Shown in pieces: positions 55,506-64,000 of a stretch of 64,000 nucleotides of DNA (its first letter is position 1; each line of letters opens with the position of its first letter). The translations under genes and the position numbers were made by a program. Below the pieces are notes generated by a model, which had not been told where the DNA came from, did no database searches, and saw nothing but the letters and a program-made list of their open reading frames with translations. The stretch comes from the human T2T-CHM13v2.0 reference genome, Homo sapiens: assembly GCF_009914755.1 (NCBI RefSeq), contig NC_060929.1; one strand, written 5' to 3'.

Positions 55506-56679
55506 ATACATGGGAATTTAAGGACTTTCATTTACATTTTTTTAATTTCTTCATATATTTTCAGAAATTGTATCTTAGTGTAATAAACAAACAAAAAACA
55601 ACAAATAAGGAAATTTTTAACCCCTCACATGCAATATTGAGGTAGAATCATAATGGGAAACTTCTTTTTAATTTATAAGATTTGGGGGTTGGGGAGTGGC
55701 AGATTTTTCTTATCTTCAAAACTTACCAGAGGAACCAAATTATGTTGTAAGACCTGAAAGCCCTTGCTTTATCTCTTCCCTAAACATTTTTCTGATGATC
55801 ATTATAGCATCTGCAACCTTTTTCTGAAATGCTCACAGGTGTTATAGAAGCTCCTGGAATGCCCAGTGGGATTGCCCAGTGTCCCCTGAGCAGTTCCAAG
55901 GGAGCTCTCTCCACAACAAGGACCGTCAGGTCATTTGGTCAAGGGGTGACCACAGCAACTAAGGCATAGAGCAACTCAGGAACCCTTTGGGGGCTCCATT
56001 GCTGTCAAAACTTTCAGTCTAGCACCCTCAACTTCTATTATGGTCATATTGGTTCAGAAAGTGAGGTGTATCTTTCTATTCACTGGAGATCTTTAAATCA
56101 TCAGAACAGATTACTCCAGGAGACTTGGTATGCCAACTACAACATTGAAGAGTCTGGGAAATTCAGTTCTTTTGCGTAAACACTTAGCACATGTCCACTG
56201 GGCCAGTTAATGGGGACTCAAGAATGAATATGATAAAGTCCCTACCTTCAAGGGGTTTATGGGGTGTGAAACACTAGTAATAGTAATAGTTTCTTCTCTG
56301 TTTAAAGGACATCACAGTAGGACAAGGAGTAATTTTTTCCCCAAAATATATCATCAGCCCACAATAAGAAATGTGAATGCTTGGATTGTTTTATATATCG
56401 CTGAGTCTAAATAACTTTGCAAAGGATTTAAATAGAAGCCTTCTCTAATTCTTCAGACTCACTTATCCCTTAGTATTCCTTAGCACTTCCTTGCAGCCTG
56501 CTTTACAAACAAGTATTGAGAGACATCCAGAAAAAATAACCACGTGCAAAAGAGGCATTGAATAAAAACCAGCCAGATTGCCTAGAAGCCCCTACAAGTT
56601 GGTGTTTTCTTATGTAACAATGATTTGTTGAAAACTAACAGGCAAATCTACAGTCTTCCACTTGAAATTATAGCCACAC

Positions 56680-56702
56680 TGCAAAAAAAAAAAAGAAAGA
56701 AA
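56680..56702 (+). mobile_element. Poly(A)-only (extremely 5'-truncated) TPRT insertion
   Basis: TGC+A-rich 23 bp flanked by a perfect 16-bp direct repeat GAAATTATAGCCACAC (56664-56679, 56703-56718). Confidence 0.75.
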
Positions 56703-57060
56703 GAAATTATAGCCACACCGAAGTACCTTTATCTTGGTCCAGAGGGTCTGGCATATCCTGACATACAATAGTGCCTTCATGAAGCTTAAGTTATAGCTAT
56801 TAAGAGGATGTCCAGAGTCCTGATGAAACATTAATGAGGAAGTGAAAAGTCAGTAAAAACTAGGACTATTTTTATGCATTGAGAAGTTAAGCTGGGATTT
56901 TATGGTGCAGAGAAACGGATTCTTCACATCAAATGAAAAAAAGGAGTAGTATTAAATTATTTGTGACACAGATATTTTATTTCATACTAGGATTGTGTGT
57001 TATAATGAAACCACTTATAATCTGTTCAAAATATTGTTGAGTTTTAAAATTCAACTAGCT

Positions 57061-57380
57061 TACTATACCAATAAGCATCACACATTTGTTTTTTGTCATG
57101 GTTAATATGTGATATTTGTTTTCAGGGCTTTTAATGATCACAGATAGCAAGCAAGCATGCAGCTTACCCCTTGAAAGGGCCTCACTCTGTCACCCAGGCT
57201 GGAGTGCAGTGGCCCTTTAAGGCTCACTACAGCCTCAAACTCCTGGATTCAAGTGATCTTCAGCCTCCCAGTGGTCTTTGTAGACAGCCTGGTGGAGTCT
57301 CATGGCACAGAAGATTAATTAAATGATGTCTTTCAATTTTACTATCTGCATTCCATCAAAAAATAAAAATAAAATAAAAT
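57061..57380 (+). pseudogene. 5'-truncated retrocopy of the GAS5 lncRNA 3' end, apparently with a retained intron remnant
   Basis: GCAAGCAAGCATGCAGCTTAC..TTGAAAG|GG..CTACAGCCTCAAAC..CAGCCTCCCAGTGGTCTTTGTAGAC..GGAGTCTCATGGCACA matches the last two GAS5 exons as I recall them. (AAAAT)n tail. 15-bp TSD AAAATTCAACTAGCT at 57046-57060 and 57381-57395, at a TTTT/AAAA site. Confidence 0.85.
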
Positions 57381-59252
57381 AAAATTCAACTAGCTATCCA
57401 TTGTATGAGCTCCTCAAGAAGCCCAGGCAAGAGAATTGTATGAGTCTAATACGGTGCAGTATAGAGCCAGCTCTGAGCCCCCACCACATGCATTTGTTTC
57501 TTGTTTGAGGGTTTGGTTATGGACTTGGACTTGGTTGGCTGCCTCTGTGTGTGATGGTGCTAAATCTGAAGACAGGTTGAGTCACACCTCTAAGAATTTT
57601 AGGTAGAACCACTGCTGTCATAGCCCAGAGAAACTGATATAGATGCCTAAAGTTTGTGAATTTTAAACTCTTTGAACAGGAACTCCCACTAAGAAACACA
57701 CTGTGACCCATTATATATTTTATATATGTATATTATACATTACAAATACATTTATAACACAAATTTCATGAAATGATACTTATGCTTATCCTTATTACTT
57801 AGGTTGCACTTAAATATTTTTATCACTATCTCATTTTTTAAAATGCTCTTTACCGTTTATAGCTACTAAACTAAATTTTGCAACCCATAGATTGAAAAGC
57901 ACCAGCCTAAGTGGTCTTCCCATGTCCACTGATGTGTAACTATGGCATCACTTTAAACAGAGGCAAATACATGAAATGGTGCCATATTTTCACCTACCAG
58001 TTGATGCAGGATGACATTGTAAATCCCGTGGTTTATTTGGTACACTAGTTTGCTGCCAAAATGACCTTTCCCTAAATTGCATTTGTTAAGAACACTGCCA
58101 ATACTTCTTTATCATATCAAAGGCTCTAAGAAAATCAGTTATTGCTAAATAAATAAACATGCTTTAGTCCTTGACATCAAATTTGCATGAAATGTCAATA
58201 GCAATTTACCTTACAGAAATCTGAACAAAAATGAATCAGTGCACACTTCCTAACTCTATTAGATTTTGTGTCATCTCGACAATGTACTTATGTTGTGTGT
58301 CTTTTTAAACAAATACTTTAAAATTCACATATTGCTTGGAGTGATAGTAATATTTTTCTTTACTACCTTGCTTTTTGAGGCAGTGGTTCCTAAAGTTTTA
58401 GGGCCAAGACCTATTTGAAATTCTGATGAAATCTATGGCCCATCTCCTAAAAATGAGCACTATTTTGATTCCATAAACCCTCATTTGAGCACCCTTACCC
58501 TGGGTAGAGGTCACTGTTTCTGTCATCTCCCCAGAGCTCAGTCAGCAGCTTGTATAACTAGCTCCTACTGAAAGGAAGCATTATATTCCATTCTATTGAT
58601 ATCTAAACCACCAGCTCCTTATTTTATTCTACAAGTGTCCCTTTCATGTTTACTTATTTAGCAGTAATATCTACTGGATTGGGACTAGAGCTAATCTTGG
58701 AAATGACCCCGTGAGTCATTTCAACTAATGTTTGTCAACACATTAACCTAATTTAGTGCTGCTGTGGGGTAGCAGTGAGTAAATACAGATTGCAGACAGT
58801 ACCCTAGAGGTGTTTGAAGCTGTTTCCAAAGTCCCCACATCAGGAATGGGACATGGCACAGCATCAGTTTTTAAAAACAAGTTAATTAAAATATTCACTA
58901 GATTATAGGAAATCAATGTAAGTTTTGATAAATATCACACAAAACACAACCATGAGCTGAAAAGCCAACGGAATCTCATGTTAAGCTCTATCAACCACCT
59001 GAGACAAACACCACTGCCACCTCTTGGTAACATAGCTTAATTGCAGGTTCAACTTTTTGGAGGCATAATAAACCTATATTAAATACAGAGACTATAATTT
59101 TTACATTGTAAAATAATAGAAAATATATGTTTGTTGATATGCTGGGATAGGGAGAAAGCATGTGTTGTTAGAGTTTGCTTTGGCTCTGCCCTTTGCGTCT
59201 CACATGAGCTGTCCACACCCTGATTTCATGTATTCTCTGTACCTCTTGGCAG

Positions 59253-59404
59253 GATTGGAGGAGCCATACCCACTGTGTTCTCGTACTTTGCTGAAGTCCT
59301 GGCCCGGGAAAAGCGGGGCGAACACTTGAGCTGGCTCTGCATGTTCTGGATGATCGGTGGCATCTACGCCTCTGCCATGGCCTGGGCCATCATCCCGCAC
59401 TACG
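59253..59404 (+). CDS. SV2C: SV2C internal coding exon (152 bp, probably exon 4)
   Basis: CTCTTGGCAG acceptor; G|GTAAGA donor. Phase matches the previous exon (GG+G = Gly). Encodes IGGAIPTVFSYFAEVLAREKRGEHLSWLCMFWMIGGIYASAMAWAIIPHY(G). Confidence 0.95.
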
Positions 59405-59611
59405 GTAAGAGGCTGGCCTTGCCCCAGCTGGGCAGTCACTTCATTTTGCTTCAGGCTCCATTCCCATCTTCTTCCTCTCTTCTAAGGGCCACTTTGAGAA
59501 AAACTACTCATCATCATGTTTCTCCCTTTCATAGTGTCCAGGAGTTTTTCCCCTCTGTGTAGAGATCTGTATAAAGTAAGACTGTATCAAATGCCCTTCT
59601 GGTTATATGAA

Positions 59612-60418
59612 TGTAATGGGGGGAAAATATTTTCCTCTGCTATGCTTTCACAAGATTTCTGGTCACCAAAATGTGTGGGGTGTTTTCTCCCACTGACCAA
59701 TTCTCCAACAGCTGGGTGTGCTACAATTTAACTCAATTCTGACACTATGTTACTTGGGGTTGGAGTCAAATGGCACAGATTAAGGGCTCAGTCCCACAAG
59801 ACTGCCCCCCATTTCAGAGGCCAATTGTAAGTCCAGGCCTCTGGAACTTCTGACTGACCAGCTATAAATGGGAGGTTCCTATACCCCCGACCCTCAGGTT
59901 TGATCATTTGCTAGAATGGCTCACAGAACTCAGGGAAACAACTCTCATTCACCAGTTTATGGCAAAGGATATGGCAAAGGATGTAGATGAACAGCCAGGT
60001 GAAGAGAAACACAGGGCAAGGTATGTGGGAAGAGGTGAGGGGCTTTCATGAGTTCTCCGCCTCACCACCATCCCAGTGCCTCCACATGTTCAACAACCCA
60101 AAAGCTCTCCAAACTCCATAGTTCAGGGATTTTTATAGAGGTTTCTATAGGCATGATTGATTAGGTATGATTGATTATTAACTCAATCCCCAGCCCCTCT
60201 CCCCTTCCTGGAGGATGGGGGTGGAGCTGAAAGCTCCAAGCTTATGATCATGGCTTGGTCTTTCTGGTGACCAGTCCCACTCAGGAGCCCACCAACAGTT
60301 GTCTCGTTAGAATAAAAGATGCTCCTATTACCCAGGAAATTCCCAGGAAATAGAAGTGTCAGGAACCATGAATGACGACGAACACATATGTTTCTTATTA
60401 TAATCACAGCATCATAGT
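59612..60418 (-). mobile_element. MER21-like ERV LTR
   Basis: CAGCTGGGTGTGCTACAATTTAACTCAATTCTGACAC, TTAAGGGCTCAGTCCCACAAGACTGCCCC and GAATGGCTCACAGAACTCAGGGAAACA motifs. Confidence 0.8.
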
Positions 60419-60977
60419 GTACTATTGCATTTTACTGTGTTTAAAGTAATCTCTTTCATTTGTTTCCTCTGTGCTATCAATGCTGGGGATTCCTCTCCCC
60501 TCTGCCTCTCCTACCCTAAGTAGAGGTGGGAGGATACACAGATCAGCAGCAGCATATAAGACAACATGACTTATAGTTGTTCTTGGGACTGCCATACATA
60601 TCAAACACACAGAAGCACCTTTACTCAACTCTTGTGGGCTCAGTCCAAAGCTCAGCTCCACATCAGCCCCACCTCTTCTGGCAACTCAGAACTGGAATGG
60701 GAGCAGGAAAACTCCTGTTGTATGGCCTGTTGAACTGCAGAACTTTAGAGGTGACTCCACCTGTCCACACTCCCAGATCCCCTCCTCAGTTTCTCCTAAG
60801 CTCTTACTGTTTCTGCTGCCTCAGAAACCTGTACATGTTGCATGTTTCTGAGCAATACCCCTCAGAAGCCAAAAGCTCCAAGTTGCTTCATCTATAAGCA
60901 GTGAAATGCATGGAAAGGTCAATTGAATCCAGAAATCAAATTCAATATATCAGGAAAGGGGAGAGAAGTGTTCTGGT

Positions 60978-60980
<3 letters not shown>

Positions 60981-61014
<34 letters not shown>
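60981..61014. repeat. (GT)n microsatellite
   Basis: Direct reading; a second, interrupted (TG)n lies at ~54662-54700. Confidence 0.95.
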
Positions 61015-61016
<2 letters not shown>

Positions 61017-63104
61017 ATGCACACACACGTGCACATGTGCCCAAACAGGCTAAAGTTTGCAAAATAGGAATACCGTATAAATTAAAACCACATGACTTCA
61101 GAAACTCACTCTCTGCTCTAATCTAAAAAATTAGATTTCAAAAACTCATTCTTTGCTCATTTTTTATTTCTCTGCTTTTGTTTTAGAACATGGTAATATT
61201 TCATTATAAAACACAGTTCTGTTAGGGAACAACCTTGGTGAAATTGACTCATTGCTAAAATCAGACATAGACTTTAGTATTTAGATGTCTTTAACTTGTT
61301 TTTTTAACTGAGTTTTAACATGCTGAGTTACAAAATCATGTCACACGCTTTCTTTTGATGAACCTGAAAAGTTACATGAAAACTGAAGTCGTATTTAACA
61401 ACAACAAAAGCAAGATATAAGGAATTGGTTACTTGGCCTGAAGAGAACTTCTTTGCTGAACATTTACATTGAGTTCAGGGTGCCAAGCTCAAGTGGTGGG
61501 TTTTTCATTTTTAAACTCTTAGGTCACTTATGGGCCAGAGATGCCCTCATACAGGCAGGTCCCCATATCCACCATGAGACTTGTCTTCTGCCACCATCCA
61601 AGGAATTCAAGATTTTTTTTTTTTTAATTTGAGATCTCAGGACCTCAGCCACCCTCGGAACCTTCCTCGGTAGAGCAGCATCTAACTCATGCCCCACTCA
61701 ACTCACTGGTTCAAGTGGAAAAGCCACTCAGGAATTGCTTTATAGGAACTATGTTTAAGAAGGTGAATAGGAAATGCAGAGTCCAGCTTTACCCATCATT
61801 GCTCCAGAGCCACTGCTAGTCTATCCATTCATACTCTTTGTGCATATTCAAATAAGGGCTGCTCCAGGTAGGTAGCCAGAAGTGCTGCCCCACTTATCAT
61901 CTCTGCCAACTACTCACAGAGGGCTCAACCTGGCAAATTTATACAGCAGCTGAAGTGCTTTTTTTTCTCTCTCTCTCTCTTTTTCTTTTTTTTTTTTTAA
62001 TACCTTCTTAGCCGGCCTTCAGGCCAGCCTTGTTCTCTTTTCAGCCTCTGATGAGAGCCTTGCTCCTTGGCTCTCGCTGAGCTTGCTCTCTGGAGCCCCT
62101 TGTCTCCCTGGTTAATGGCTGTCTCTTTCCTGGTCCTCCCTTCCCATCATATCGCTCAGAATTTCACCTGCTGGCCTTCTTAAACACGTAACTCACACTG
62201 GCTTCTGCAGCCTACGTGTGTCCGTGTGTCCACCAAGCCCGGGCATGACTGTTTTTATTTTTAGTTTTTTTTCTCACTAGGAATTCAGTTCCTCTGACTC
62301 TGCCTTTCACACATCCCTGCCCTTGAACTCTGGATGGTTCCAGATTTTCTCTCCTGCCTTGTCACCGGTCAGTCAGTGGCCAACCCACAAAGAATAAGCA
62401 TGATCACCACTTTCCTTTTTCCAAAGTACACTTAAGATACTTCTTGTTTATAGCTACAAGGGCTAATTAATTCATATATAACTAGAATGAGGGAAAGTTG
62501 GGAATCATAAACAATGCATGAAAAGTTACAAAAAACAATGACGACACAACAAAATTAAATGTCGGAGGCTGACATCAACTTTTATGTTGACAACACCTTG
62601 AGAAATAATGACCAGGTTACGAAATGAGTAATGTCAATATGAAAACCTTATGCCCATGCTTTACTAAAGGCTTTCCATGGCCAGAAGTGTGGCAAAAAAA
62701 ACATATATTTCATTCAATTCTGTCTGCAAATTAAAATTAAAAATGAAAAGCTTTAAAAATAACTTTGCTGAGGTCATTGTTGTACTCTTGCAATTTGAAG
62801 AGTTTTAATTTTTGTTTTAAAGTTTAATTTTTAAAATCCTGTGCTGAGGCTTCTGGAGTGCTAATGACATTCTATATCTTGAGCTGGGTGGAGGTTTTTA
62901 ATGAATTTTTGAATTGTAAAATTTGTTAAACTGAGTGCTTAATATTTGTGCATGTTACTATATGAATGTTACACTTTTTCACAAACACTTTTTAGTAAGT
63001 TTACCACCTCCCCCATACCCTGAAAACACTCATGCTTGGATTTACCCCACATCAATCAAATCAGATTCTCTGGACAAGAGACACAGCATTGAGAGTTTTT
63101 ATTC

Positions 63105-64000
63105 TTATTTTTTTCAGCTTTATTGAGGTATGATTGACAAGTAAAAATTATATACATTTAATATGTACAACTTGAAGGTTTGATATATGTGTACATTGTG
63201 AAATGATTACCACAATCGAGCTAATTAACATCTTTCATGTGTGTATGATGAGAACACTTACTCTCAGCAAGTTTCAAGTATACAGTACAGTACAATATTA
63301 TTAACTATAGTTACCATGCTGAATATTAGATCTCCAGAACTTATCATCTTATAACCAAAAGTTTGTGCCCTTTGACCAACATCTCCCCCCATCCCTCAAT
63401 TCCTGGTAACCACTCTTAACTACTCTCTCTTTCTATGAGTTCAACTTTTCAGATTTCACATATCGGTGAGTTTGTGCAATATTTGTCTTTTCATGTCTGG
63501 CCTATTTCACTTAACATAATGCCTTCCAGGTTCATTCATGTTGTTACAAAGGGAAGGATTTCTTTCTTTTTAAAGGCTGAACAAAATTCCAATATGTGCA
63601 TATATGTGTGTGTGTATGTATGTACATAAGTATACACATACAGTTTTAAAGCTTTACTGTTTTTACAGTTTTATAGTTCTGAACTTACATTTAAGTCTTT
63701 AATCCATTTTAAGTTGATTTTTATCTGTGGTGCAAAAGGAGGTTCCAATTTCATTCTTTTGCATATGAATATCCAGCTTTCCCAACACCATTTATTGAAG
63801 AGACTATCCTTTCCTTATGGGGTACTCTTGGTGCCTTTATCAAAGATCAGTTGACTGTATAAGCATGGGTTTATTTCTGGGCTCTCTATTCTGTTCCGTT
63901 GGTCTACATATCTGTGTTTATGCCAGTACTATGCTATTTCAATTACTATAGCTTTGTAATATAATTTGAAATCAGGAAGTCTCCAGCTTTCTTCTTCTTG
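63105..64000 (-). mobile_element. L1MA/MB 3' end, runs off the window
   Basis: CAGCTTTATTGAGGTATGATTGACA...TATTAGATCTCCAGAACTTAT...CCCAACACCATTTATTGAAGAGACT. Confidence 0.88.

Overview
Mammalian (almost certainly human) genomic DNA from inside the SV2C gene on the + strand. Two internal coding exons (44405-44585 and 59253-59404) lie in long, repeat-rich introns containing Alu, L1M, L2/MIR, MaLR/ERV LTRs and MER DNA transposons. The most striking structure is a nested retro-cassette at 19513-23861. It is a full-length, intact-ORF RAP1B retrocopy on the - strand with G12R and K42E changes, matching my recollection of the known RAP1BL/hRap1B-retro. Its 3' UTR is split by an opposite-orientation SVA_F1 element that carries MAST2 exon 1, and each insertion has its own TSD. 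Less obvious findings: a TSD-flanked, apparently semi-processed GAS5 lncRNA retrocopy (57061-57380); a tailless 5S rRNA retropseudogene (39845-39884); a poly(A)-only insertion; an 87/89-identical non-Alu inverted repeat with a fold-back hairpin; two local dispersed duplications; and a 78-bp x3 minisatellite. I see no clear evidence of a wholly new multi-gene system. Gene and repeat-subfamily identities come from recalled sequences and need BLAST/RepeatMasker confirmation. Old-repeat boundaries are approximate.
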